The position numbers and the translations under genes are program-made. Shown in pieces: positions 1-13,515 of a DNA stretch of 64,000 nt. Source of the DNA: Macrostomum lignano (taxonomy: Eukaryota). Numbering within the stretch: position 1 is the stretch's first letter; the number at the start of each line of letters is the position of its first letter. Under the pieces are notes generated by a model. The model was given only the letters and a program-made list of their open reading frames with translations, was not told the DNA's origin and searched no databases. The stretch spans positions 115,541 through 179,540 of the forward strand of contig NIVC01002378.1 in NCBI GenBank assembly GCA_002269645.1. Direction: 5' to 3'.

Positions 1-1415
1 CTGATCATAGAATGGTAGAGTGAGGGTCACTGTCACTGATCATAGAATGGTAGAGTGAGGGTCACTGTCACTGATCATAGAATGGTAGAGTGAGGGTCAC
101 AGGCACTGATCATAGAATGGTAGAGTGAGGGTCACAGTCACTGATCATAGAATGGTAGAGTGAGGGTCACAGTCACTGATCATAGAATGGTAGAATGAGA
201 GTCACTGTCACTGATCATAGAATGGTAGAGTGAGGGTCACAGTCACTGATCATAGAATGGTAGAGTCAGGGTCACTGTCACTGATCATAGAATGGTAGAG
301 TGAGGGTCACAGTCACTGATCGTAGAATGGTAGAGTGAGGGTCACAGTCACTAATCATTATATATGTAGAATTGTAGAGTCAGGGTCACAGTCACTGATC
401 ATTATACATGTAGAATTGTAGAGTCAGGGTCACAGTCACTGATAGAATGGTAGAGTCAAGGTCACAGTCACTGATCATAGAATGGTAGAGTGAGGGTCAC
501 TGTCACTGATCATAGAATGGTAGAGTCAGGGTCACTGTCACTGATCATAGAATGGTAGAGTCAGGGTCACTGTCACTGATCATAGAATGGTAGAGTCAGG
601 GTCACAGTCACTGATCATAGAATGGTAGAGTCAGGGTCACAGTCACTGATCATAGAATGGTAGAGTGAGGGTCACAGTCACTGATCATAGAATGGTAGAG
701 TGAGGGTCACAGTCACTGATCATAGAATGGTAGAGTGAGGGTCACTGTCACTGATCATAGAATGGTAGAGTCAGGGTCACAGTCACTGATCGTAGAATGG
801 TAGAGTGAGGGTCACAGTCACTAATCACTATACATGTAGAATTGTAGAGTCAGGGTCACTGTCACTGATCATTATACATGTAGAATTGTAGAGTCAGGGT
901 CACTGTCACTGATCATTATACATGTAGAATTGTAGAGTCAGGGTCACAGTCACTGATAGAATGGTAGAGTCAGGGTCACTGTCACTGATAGAATGGTAGA
1001 GTCAGGGTCACTGTCACTGATCATAGAATGGTAGAGTCAGGGTCACAGTCACTGATAGAATGGTAGAGTCAGGGTCACAGTCACTGATAGAATGGTAGAG
1101 TCAGAGTCACTGTCACTGATCATAGAATGGTAGAGTGAGGTCACTGTCACTGATCATAGAATGGTAGAGTGAGGGTCACTGTCACTGATCATAGAATGGT
1201 AGAGTGAGGGTCACTGTCACTGATCATAGAATGGTAGAGTGAGGGTCACTGTACTGATCATAGAATGGTAGAGTCAGGGTCACAGTCACTGATAGAATGG
1301 TAGAGTCAGGGTCACTGTCACTGATCATAGAAGGTAGAGTCAGGGTCACTGTCACTGATCAAGAATGGTAGAGTGAGGGTCACAGTCACTGATCATAGAA
1401 TGGTAGAGTGAGGGT
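1..1415. repeat. 35-bp minisatellite array (unit CTGATCATAGAATGGTAGAGTGAGGGTCACTGTCA), running into the gap
   Basis: Unit repeats head to tail with A/T, G/C and small indel variants; inverted copy at 8330-10262. Confidence 0.97.
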
Positions 1416-1914
1416 NNNNNNNNNNNNNNNNNNNNNNNNNNNNNNNNNNNNNNNNNNNNNNNNNNNNNNNNNNNNNNNNNNNNNNNNNNNNNNNNNNNNN
1501 NNNNNNNNNNNNNNNNNNNNNNNNNNNNNNNNNNNNNNNNNNNNNNNNNNNNNNNNNNNNNNNNNNNNNNNNNNNNNNNNNNNNNNNNNNNNNNNNNNNN
1601 NNNNNNNNNNNNNNNNNNNNNNNNNNNNNNNNNNNNNNNNNNNNNNNNNNNNNNNNNNNNNNNNNNNNNNNNNNNNNNNNNNNNNNNNNNNNNNNNNNNN
1701 NNNNNNNNNNNNNNNNNNNNNNNNNNNNNNNNNNNNNNNNNNNNNNNNNNNNNNNNNNNNNNNNNNNNNNNNNNNNNNNNNNNNNNNNNNNNNNNNNNNN
1801 NNNNNNNNNNNNNNNNNNNNNNNNNNNNNNNNNNNNNNNNNNNNNNNNNNNNNNNNNNNNNNNNNNNNNNNNNNNNNNNNNNNNNNNNNNNNNNNNNNNN
1901 NNNNNNNNNNNNNN
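1416..1914. other. Assembly gap (499 N)
   Basis: Run of N. Confidence 1.
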
Positions 1915-3487
1915 AATCTCTCTGAATTTTTATCTCGCCCGTCGAGACCAGCTCTCCCGCATGCTCTCAAGCCCCTCCACTCCCCACTGGCTTTTCAATT
2001 TTATGACGCAACCCGAGACGGCAGAGATTTATTTCCGACGGCTTTCACTGCGCGATTCAACGCGGAAGCAATAAAAATGAATGGAGTGAGACAGAAAATC
2101 TATGAGTTACCTTCCGATTCGATACAATCGGACGTTTTTTCTCTCTGGTTTCGTTGCTGTTTAACAGTAGAAAAGTTTGCCGCTTCGCTTGAACGGAGCA
2201 TGACAGCTAAGCTACAAGGACGCTAAGCTGGCAAAACACTTGGTTTTGCTGGGGAAAAATGCATCAACGAGATATAGGAAACTTTCTCACCTTGTGGACA
2301 CATCAAGCAAGCAGGTGTTTCGTTCGGGGCGGACTCACAATGTTATCAGGCTATCTCATTTTAATGCAGAGCTACCCCTGATGAGACTGATGAAAAAGGA
2401 TGACGAACGAACGAACATTTGATAAGCGTGTGCATGTAGTAGGCGTTGGCAAGGGTCAGACAGGGTCAGGATTATGCAGTCCTTGAGGCGGGAAAACCAA
2501 GCGAAGAGACTTCAAGAGGCTGCGTGGGCGTGGCCTAAACGTCTTCCTAATTATTGTTATTTCTAAGCAAGCAAATGTACTTTTGGTAGATATTCGATAC
2601 CGATCACTTGGAAATCAGCAAGTTTTGAGAGCTGCTTGAGTACATATACGCATAGGTGCGCGCTATCGACATGATATTAGTTAGGTATAGTGCAACTCTC
2701 AGCCTAATGTGCTTGGTCGAGCTTGAGAACTCTCTATCTCTATCCAAATCTGTTTTATACTTCTTGTTCCCGTCCTCTCGGCAGTTTATCTGTTAACCTC
2801 ATGAATAATTAATTAGCTAACCGAGTGCATAATTTACAACTACAAGAGGCAGTCATTTAAGTCAGTAGGGCTCAGTTCAGGGAGATCCCACTATCAATCC
2901 TATTATATTGCGAAGCTGCTGGTCTGGGTTAGGGGATTATTATCCCATTTTCAACCGACAATCACGGGACCGTCGTCTCCGGTTTTCTCTGGCAGACAAA
3001 AACTCAGCCTCTATATAATACGCCTCATAATAGAGAAGTCGCATTGTCCAATCGGTTATTGTGTTATTCTGTCTTCTGTACGTGCGTTATTGTTAACCTC
3101 GCGCGAGCACTTGACAATCTGTGCTGCTGTTCCTCCTGGCGAGGGTCACGCCGGATGGCGATCCTGTCGTTCTCTTCTTTTTTACGCTCCCGTATCTCTA
3201 TTTATCCACCACTATGGCGCCCCTCCATCCTCTGGTCGCTCTGCTTGGTAATGATCGCATGAGTTACCTGGATTGACAGCAGCAGATAAGTAAGAGTCGT
3301 TGCGCGGGCCTGGAAATTATTAGTACTCGAGAGCAAATAAAGAATATAAGAGGGGAGGGCGTGGCCAGGCTGACAAATGGATCGAAGGGAGCGATTCTCA
3401 AGTAGGCCATTGGTGTTCGACCACTGATCAGCTGTCCATGCGGCTGAAGTGAACATTATTGAAATGATACTGATATGGCATAGGTTA

Positions 3488-4020
3488 CAGCATGCAGTGA
3501 GCAGTCCTGCTTGACTCTGACACTGTACAGCATGCAGTGAGCAGTTCTACTTGACTCTGATACCGTAGAGCATGCAGTGAGCAGTTCTGCTTGACTCTGA
3601 CACCGTAGAGCATGCAGTGAGCAGTTCTACTTGACTCTGATACGTAGAGCATGCAGTGAGCAGTTCTACTTGACTGTGATACCGTAGAGCATGCAGTGAG
3701 CAGTTCTACTTGACTCTGACACCGTAGAGCATGCAGTGAGCAGTTCTACTTGACTCTGACACCGTAGAGCATGCAGTGAGCAGTTCTGCTTGACTCTGAC
3801 ACCGTAGAGCATGCAGTGAGCAGTCCTGCTTGACTCTGATACCGTAGAGCATGCAGTGAGCAGTTCTACTTGACTCTGATACCGTAGAGCATGCAGTGAG
3901 CAGTTCTGCTTGACTCTGACACCGTAGAGCATGCAGTGAGCAGTTCTGCTTGACTCTGACACCGTAGAGCATGCAGTGAGCAGTCCTGCTTGACTGACAC
4001 GGTACAGCATTCAGTGATCC
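3488..4020. repeat. 40-bp minisatellite (CATGCAGTGAGCAGTTCTACTTGACTCTGATACCGTAGAG)
   Basis: About 13 tandem units. Confidence 0.95.
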
Positions 4021-4981
4021 TGATTGATTCTGACACTGCATCGTACAATCAGACTTATATATGACAGCATTAGGGGTAAAAGGGCAGCCATTGTGAGCAC
4101 ACAACTACAATAGAGTTGAGGCATCAGTCTTGACAGACAGAGCAGCACAGATTTGCCTGCAAAAGGAATCTCAGAATAATTTAGTCAGCAAATAAAATTA
4201 GCACTTCATCATGAAATTTTCCTGGTTAGGGCTTGAAAAGCAACGGGCTGAAGGCATGAATAAGCTCAAACTGAACTCATCGCATTCCCTGCGGCTTATG
4301 GCCTCGCAGAATCAGCAGGCAGTCAGGGGGGCAGGACTTGAGACTTCAGAGACTCAAAGGGATTATATATAAAGGCAAAAGCTGTCCGAAGCTGAAAGAG
4401 GGAAGCGCTTGGGCCGAAGCGAAAATCAATTAATTAGACTGCCGGCCCACCGGTGGGACCAGGTGCGGCTCCGAAGCCCGCAGGGAATTCGATGCTCAGG
4501 AGCGGTCAATTAGAAAAAAAATAATTCGCAGAGATGATTTTCTAGCTGCAGAATCTTCTTTTTCTATTTTCTCGCTGCTTCTGCCCCATGAAAATGAAAT
4601 CGCACAGTTTTTTATCTTTTCTATTTCTGCTCTCTTAGTCAAGCGCAGTGGATTCTTGAAAGGAGCCAGAGAGAGAAAGAGTGAGAGGTGATAATCAAGC
4701 ACAGATTCATTTGGTATTCACAAAGTGACAGAGCGGGGCAAGTCCACCGACTTGCTCAGGGGAATCAACAGAACCTCCGCCCTCCGATGGGAATTGCAGC
4801 TTTTTAAGCAATTTTTAAATATAATTCCAGTCTCACCCCGGCTCAGCTGAGAAGTTTTTCGCTTCCTTTTTATGCCTTTATGCCTCACCCAGTTCACGAG
4901 TGTCATCCTCCGGGTTGCATCCCGCACCTGAGGGTGCTTTTCTCATCCCTATGTGGCGATAACCTACCAATAAGCAATGCC

Positions 4982-5590
4982 CTAAAAGCTTTAACCAACC
5001 TCTAATTGGTGCCATAAAGGCTTTAAACAACCTTTAATTGGTGCCGTAAAAGCTTTAACCTACCCCTAATTTGTGCCATAAAAGCTTTAGCCTACCTCTA
5101 ATTGGTGTCATAAAAGCTTTAGCCTACCTCTAATTGGTGTCATAAAAGCTTTAAACTACCTCTAATTGGTTCCCTCCAAGCCATAAACTACCCCTAATTG
5201 GTTCCCTCCAAGCCATAAACTACCCCTAATTGGTTTCCTCCAAGCCATAAACTACCCCTAATTGGTTTCCTCCAAGCCATAAACTACCCCTAATTGGTTT
5301 CCTCCAAGCCTTAACCTACCCCTAATTAGTTCACTCCAAGCCATAAACTACCCCTAATTGGTTTCCTCCAAGCCATAAACTACCCCTAATTGGTTTCCTC
5401 CAAGCCATAAACTACCCCTAATTGGTTTCCTCCAAGCCTTAACCTACCCCTAATTAGTTCACTCCAAGCATTAACCTACCCCTAATTGGTGCCCTCCAAG
5501 CCTTAAGCTACCCCTAATTGGTGCCCTCCAAGCCTTAACCTACCCCTAATTAGTTCACTCCAAGCCTTAACCTACCCCTAATTGGTGTTC
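4982..5590. repeat. 32-bp minisatellite (CTACCCCTAATTGGTTTCCTCCAAGCCATAAA)
   Basis: Tandem units with gradual variant turnover. Confidence 0.93.
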
Positions 5591-5826
5591 TAATTGGGCT
5601 AAGCAGCTATCCATAGAATTTCACAAGGGCACTACTCCCTATAATTCAAGACCTTACTGATCATCAAGAACTCAACAGGCAGTAAGACTATTCTTCCCAG
5701 CTAATCATTTCCGCTAAGCTGAAGAATACTTTAGCTTTGAACAAAAACAACCAGCTTAATAGGGATGGGAGGATCGGTGGGTCACCGCGCATCGGTGCAA
5801 ATCAAATTGCCAGGCTCAGGAAGCGG

Positions 5827-6421
<595 letters not shown>

Positions 6422-7004
6422 CAGTGCATTTTTTAAAACCGCCTTTCATTCGGCATTCATCAGTTTAGCTAACAGTTGCTTTTTATATCCGCGATGGCGT
6501 TCAGCTAGAGAGGCTGGAATGAACAAAAAGAGAATCGTGACGCCGGGGCGATTCCAGCCACCTTGCCGACTGCGCACTCTGACAGGAAAGACAAACACAG
6601 GCCCATCTTCAAGCTTTCCTTACCCGACGACGCGCCCCGCCGCCTCTTACACAACGTTGCCAATTGTTTGCCAAATGTGGATCCGTGCTCAGCGACCCCT
6701 GCAGCTGCGCCTCATCTGCCCGTCTCTCTGTGTCTCTCTCTCTTTCTCTGTCTCTTTGTTTCTCCTCCTGTTCCTTTCTTTGTTGACTTCTCACTTTCCA
6801 TTTCTGTTCCTCTCTTCCCCCCTCTCTCTTTTTCTTGTGTTATTTGCTTGAAAAAAATTTTTTTTGGCATCAGTTCAAAAGGACAAGTTTTTTCCTAGAG
6901 ATTCTATCGATCAATCAGTGAATCAGAGAAATTTAGGAATTTGCTTGTTTGACAGGTAAGCGCCATTTTTAGCGCTCTTCATACCCAAACTGGAGCCCCT
7001 AAAA

Positions 7005-7585
7005 TCTAAAATGGCGCCCCATAACATCTAAAGTGGCACCCCATAACATCTAAAGTGGCGCCAACTAGCATTTAAAGTGGCACCCCATAAAATCTAAAGT
7101 GGCACCCCCTAACATCTAAACTGGCGCCCCCAGACACCTAAAGTGGCGCCCCCTAACATCTAAAGTGGCGCCAACTAGCATCTAAAGTAGCGCCCCTAAC
7201 AGCTAAAGTGGCGCCAACTAGCATCTAAAGTGGCGCCAACTAGCATCTAAAGTAGCGCCCCTAACAGCTAAAGTGGCGCCAACTAACATCTAAATTGGCG
7301 CCAACTAACATCTAAAGTGGCACCCCCTAACAGCTAAAGTGGCGCCAACTAGCATCTAAAGTGGCGCCAACTAATATCTGAAGTGGCGCCAACTAACATC
7401 TAAAGTGGCGCCAACTAATATCTGAAGTGGCGCCAACTAACATCTAAAGTGGCGCCAACTAACATCTAAAGTAGCGCCCCTAACAGCTAAAGTGGCGCCA
7501 ACTAACATCTAAAGTTGCGCCTCTAACATCTAAAGTGGCGCCCCCTAACATCTAAAGTGGCGCCCCCTAACATCTAAAGTGGCTC
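7005..7585. repeat. 22-bp minisatellite (CTAACATCTAAAGTGGCGCCAA)
   Basis: Tandem GGCGCC-containing units. Confidence 0.93.
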
Positions 7586-8329
7586 TCCTAAAACCCAAAC
7601 GGGGCCCCCAACATACAAAGTAAAGATAAAGGCTTTAATATCTATAACTACGGCTCGTATACTATTCCCAACTATTATCTTAGGGATACTATTTTCAGTG
7701 GAATACTCTATTAGACTACTGATACCCACCGAAGATGTGTTAAATAACCCAAAACATGACTGAACAGTGAGAAACACCAGCGTCTGCATATGACAGCTTC
7801 AGTGCCCCCCATCTCAGTTGAGAGAAAAAATAATTTCGAGTCCTTTGCAGAATTCCCCCGCACTATATGTCACTCTTTCTCTCTCGAGCACACCTCCAGC
7901 CCCGCGAGCAGTCAAGATTAGATTTCACTGGTACATGTAGGAGCAGCCTTCAGAGCTTATCCCTATATGAGCTTGTGACTTTGACAGCTAAATTTGAGCT
8001 CAAGCAACATATCCCTCTGCCATCAGGGATAACCAGGAAGTTAACCCCCCCCCCCCTAATCAAACACTGTCTCCATTATCGCATACCTCGTCACTTCCAT
8101 CCATCCATCTATTTGCCATCCGGGTTGGCGTAGGCCTATACCATTTGCTGGTATTTTCCCTACACTTTTTTCATGTTTCTCTCTGGCGGGGGTGAAGAAG
8201 GACCTCCGTATGCAGCAGAGGCCGTCGGTCGTTTGGTGCACGATTTTGGTAATCATTTTTTAGGGGTCTGCAAAATGCATGCCATGCAGTTGATGTTCAC
8301 TCACTGGGCAGACTGGCTTTTGTTATTCG

Positions 8330-10262
8330 TGACCCTGACAGTGATCAGTGACTGTGACCCTCACTCTACCATTCTATGATCAGTGACTGTGACCCTCACT
8401 CTACCATTCTTTGATCAGTGACAGTGACCCTGACTCTACCTTTCTATGATCAGTGACAGTGACCCTGACTCTACCATTCTATCAGTGACTGTGACCCTGA
8501 CTCTACCATTCTATGATCAGTAACAGTGACCCTCACTCTACCATTCTATGATCAGTGACAGTGACCCTCACTCTACCATTCTATGATCAGTGACAGTGAC
8601 CCTCACTCTACCATTCTATGATCAGTGACAGTGACCCTCACTCTACCATTCTATGATCAGTGACAGTGACTCTGACTCTACCATTCTATCAGTGACTGTG
8701 ACCCTGACTCTACCATTCTATCAGTGACTGTGACCCTGACTCTACCATTCTATGATCAGTGACAGTGACCCTGACTCTACCATTCTATCAGTGACAGTGA
8801 CCCTGACTCTACCATTCTATCAGTGACTGTGACCCTGACTCTACAATTCTACATGTATAATGATCAGTGACAGTGACCCTGACTCTACAATTCTACATGT
8901 ATAATGATCAGTGACAGTGACCCTGACTCTACAATTCTACATGTATAGTGATTAGTGACTGTGACCCTCACTCTACCATTCTACGATCAGTGACTGTGAC
9001 CCTGACTCTACCATTCTATGATCAGTGACAGTGACCCTCACTCTACCATTCTATGATCAGTGACTGTGACCCTCACTCTACCATTCTATGATCAGTGACT
9101 GTGACCCTCACTCTACCATTCTATGATCAGTGACAGTGACCCTGACTCTACCATTCTATGATCAGTGACAGTGACCCTCACTCTACCATTCTATGATCAG
9201 TGACTGTGACCTTGACTCTACCATTCTATCAGTGACTGTGACCCTGACTCTACAATTCTACATGTATAATGATCAGTGACAGTGACCCTGACTCTACAAT
9301 TCTACATGTATAATGATTAGTGACTGTGACCCTCACTCTACCATTCTACGATCAGTGACTGTGACCCTCACTCTACCATTCTATGATCAGTGACAGTGAC
9401 CCTGACTCTACCATTCTATGATCAGTGACTGTGACCCTCACTCTACCATTCTATGATCAGTGACAGTGACTCTCATTCTACCATTCTATGATCAGTGACT
9501 GTGACCCTCACTCTACCATTCTATGATCAGTGACTGTGACCCTCACTCTACCATTCTATGATCAGTGCCTGTGACCCTCACTCTACCATTCTATGATCAG
9601 TGACAGTGACCCTCACTCTACCATTCTATGATCAGTGACAGTGACCCTCACTCTACCATTCTATGATCAGTGACAGTGACCCTCACTCTACCATTCTATG
9701 ATCAGTGACTGTGACCTTGACTCTACCATTCTATGATCAGTGACTGACTCTCACTCTACCATTCTATGATCAGTGACTGACTCTCACTCTACAATTCTAT
9801 AATGATCAGTGACTGTGACTCTCACTCTACAATTCTATAATGATCAGTGACTGACTCTCACTCTACAATTCTATAATGATCAGTGACTGACTCTCACTCT
9901 ACAATTCTATAATGATCAGTGACTGTGACTCTCACTCTACAATTCTATAATGATCAGTGACTGTCTCACTCTACAATTCTATAATGATCAGTGACTGACT
10001 CTCACTCTACAATTCTATAATGATCAGTGACTGTGACTCTCACTCTACAATTCTATAATGATCAGTGACTGACTCTCACTCTACCATTCTATAATGATCA
10101 GTGACTGACTCTCACTCTACCATTCTATAATGATCAGTGACTGACTCTCACTCTACAATTCTATAATGATCAGTGACTTGACTCTCACTCTACAATTCTA
10201 TAATGATCAGTGACTGACTCTCACTCTACAATTCTATAATGATCAGTGACTGACTCTCACTC
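8330..10262. repeat. 35-bp minisatellite, reverse complement of 1-1415, drifting to a variant unit after ~9720
   Basis: Diagnostic variant units occur in the same order as in 1-1415, on the opposite strand. Confidence 0.97.
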
Positions 10263-10774
10263 TGCTCAGCAACCGCAACCCTAGTTGCATCATTTATCTG
10301 CTCAAGAGACAGCAAGCTTCTTCACTTATGCTTAGAAATGAATCACGCAAATACCGAAAGTTTCTGGACAAGTCTTCTTTCAAGTCCAGTTTTTCTTTTG
10401 ATCATCGGAAAAATGTGTTCAATCGAAGCTGATTTTTTCATTGAGATCGTGCCGTTTGCTTTCAAAAATGGAGATGGAATCGGAAAATGAATCCAGGGGC
10501 TTTTTGTGCAACCTGTGCAGAGACAGGACCGTGCCTGTCCATGGCTATAATGAGCCCAATTGTCCAGCTCTTTGCGTCCATTAAGCAATGGCCAGTTCTT
10601 TTGTGAGAGGTTTTTTGCAGAAAACATATGAAAAACAAAACAATTAATTGTCGAAAAAATCGTTACTGTGCTATAGGTTGTTTTTGGCGAGGCAGCTGGA
10701 CATTACTCCGGTCACTGGGAGACTTTTGGGTTCGATGGATGGAGTTGCTTCTGCACTGCTGGGCCAGTGTGTAG

Positions 10775-10925
<151 letters not shown>

Positions 10926-11980
10926 GCCGAGAAACGCACAAAAATTAGTAGCAACTTGCTGTGTCAGAGAGAGCGCTTGAGAGAAAAGGGAAATGAAGTT
11001 ATCTAAGGCTAGCTTTTTTCTGCGGGTTGACGAATTCATTTAAGACCTCCGTCCGTAGGTCACTTTGTATTTAATTGTAGACTGTGGATCGCGGAGTGAG
11101 GGTAGGAAGCGAGCAAGATTTGCTGTGAGCGTTTCTAGATTTTCATCTTGGAGGCGCAGACGAATATCGTGCTAATTCGCTTATCTTCTTGTGCGAAATC
11201 ACTTTCGAGATGTGGGGTCTGCAGTGAATATTGAAATAAGAAAAACTGCTTAAGGAATCTTATCTGTCCTAGCCTCGCAAAATTTCTCGTCTGCTTTAGT
11301 ACAATTACGGACTAAAGTACACATGTAATATAGTAGACCGTAAAAATACACAGTTAAATTTAACTGAATTATCATTTTAAGTGAATATGAAACATATGCA
11401 TAATTGTATATGCAGAATGAAGCTGGGATATGATACACTCAGAGTTTTTACAGCTCTTAAGTGTCTAATTTAAGTCAAAAGTCGAAATACTGCAGTTGCT
11501 CTAGTGTAGAGGCTATATTCTGACCCTTCGCAACCAACAGATACTCGCGTATAATGCGCATAAAATGTGCGTTTTCGTTTGCATTTAAGCGCGTAAACAA
11601 CGCGCCTTTAACACGCATTTTTTCGGTAATTCGGTAAATTTATCATTCAGTCTGATGAGTCCTTCACACGGCGTAAAATCTTATGAAAGGATTTCATAAC
11701 TTTCGCTACTCATTCTATCACAACGTGACATTCAGTTTCTGTACCGTTACCTGCTATTGCACATTTGGCATAAATATGCAACATACAATGAAATATACAT
11801 GTAAAATTTTTGCCAAGCATGCAACGCGCAATAAAAATTGCACGTAAAATTAATGTTAAATGTAATTAATGTTACATCCCACACATTGCGTTTCTTTTTT
11901 GTTTAAATATTTCATGAAAGCATTTTTAAAAAAGTTCCTTTAGAAACATTTTTGCACTGTGATTCAGGGCAGCTCGTTAA

Positions 11981-12230
11981 GGGTGTTGCTATTTCGCGGC
12001 CCGGCCCGGCCCGGGCGGCCCCTATTTAGCCAATGTAAATCTATTTTAGTAAATAAGTAAAACAAAATATACTGACCAGAATGCCACATATTTTTAGAGT
12101 CAATTGTGAGTTTACTACATTGTAAAATATTGATTGTTAATTTAATGAACTTCTGATGCTCTATTTTTTAAATTAAGTTAAAAACCAAAGTAACAAGACC
12201 GCCGGGCCGGGCCGCGAAATAGCAACACCC
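11981..12230. mobile_element. 250-bp MITE, Mutator (MULE)-type
   Basis: Perfect ~29-bp TIR GGGTGTTGCTATTTCGCGGCCCGGCCCGG; exact 9-bp TSD GCTCGTTAA at 11972-11980 and 12231-12239. Confidence 0.92.
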
Positions 12231-13124
12231 GCTCGTTAAGGGAAGTGCTCTTACTCTGGAATTAGCACAGTAAGAACCTATGTAATTAATTTTATTTTTT
12301 TAAAAGCTTAAAACGTTGAAAAAGTAAAAATCTTGATTTTTAGTAGACATTAGTAAAAAAACTGATAAGTTTTGATTTACTATTACAAGTTTAAATGTTT
12401 TAGATCACGGCATGATTTTACAAGATGTTTGATCGAGATCGCGGTCGCGTAGCGGATAATCGTGATCGCATCAACACATCGATTATGTCTTCAGAATTCT
12501 GTAGACTCGCCAATGAAATTTTCTAACGTATTTAGACTGTCACAGACTGTTAGTATTAGTAAACATATAAATTTCGATTAAATAGTTAAACTAATGAAAA
12601 AATTAGGCCTAACTAATCCAAATATACTAAATCTCTAATGTTTGTATGTTAGTATGTCCATAACGCTCTGGTATAATACTATAGTGCCTATGGTATGGCT
12701 ATGGCTATCATGACTACAATCATTACATGACATAGTCATAAGCCAGTGTAAAATAAATTAGCAATTAGCCAACGCCCAGATTAAATTGATTTGTATAAAA
12801 AAATTGCTAACATTTTCTCATTGTCACATAATACTTGTTGGCTAGGCCCTATATTGTTTTTGTTGCTCTAATATTCTAAGTTCCTTTAGCCTTTAGGCTA
12901 TAGTTGCAAAAAGATATAGTTTAAAAACTATTATTAGGTCTAATGTCCTAAGTTCTAGCATAAAAGTCTCTATAATCTATATTAAAAAATACTAAGCCAA
13001 TATAATTAACTATTTTTCAAGGCAGTTGTTATTGTTACAGTGACCATATAAATAACAAAATGGTTATTTCTATGGTTGTCACATAAGACACTATCTAGGC
13101 CTAGGGTCTTTACTTACTGTAGGC

Positions 13125-13515
13125 TAGAGGTTGGACGGGATTGAAATCTTTGGGCGGGATCAGGATCGGGAATAATTTTTTTCTCGGGATCGGGATCGGG
13201 ATTGGGAATCGGGATCAGGTCTTTTAGTGTATTGTCCATGTAAAGTTAAACAAAATTGATTGTAAAGATCAAGAAGTAAAACACAACGAAATTGATATGA
13301 AGTTTTGTAACCAGGCCCAACAAAGTAAATAATGTAATGAGTACAAGTTAAAGCAAAATACCTTCAAGTAATCACTAATTCTATAAATTTTTAATCAAAA
13401 GACCTGTTCCCGAATCTCGAGTTTTTTAGGGTTGGGAGTCTGGTCCCGCGGGAATTCAATTTTCCTCGGGATCCCGAGATTTCGGGATTGGGATCGGGAT
13501 CCCATCCGACCTCTA
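13125..13515. mobile_element. 391-bp hAT-type MITE
   Basis: TIR TAGAGGTTGGACGGGA / TAGAGGTCGGATGGGA; exact 8-bp TSD CTGTAGGC (13117-13124, 13516-13523); subterminal GGGATC repeats. Confidence 0.92.

Noticed and set aside
4982-5590. Interstitial telomeric repeat
   Set aside because: Only one CCCTAA per 32-bp unit; no (TTAGGG)n run.
11652-11680. Second hammerhead (CTGATGAGTCC...)
   Set aside because: No complementary GGAC-GAAA half (the sequence reads CGGCGTAAA); at best a relic.
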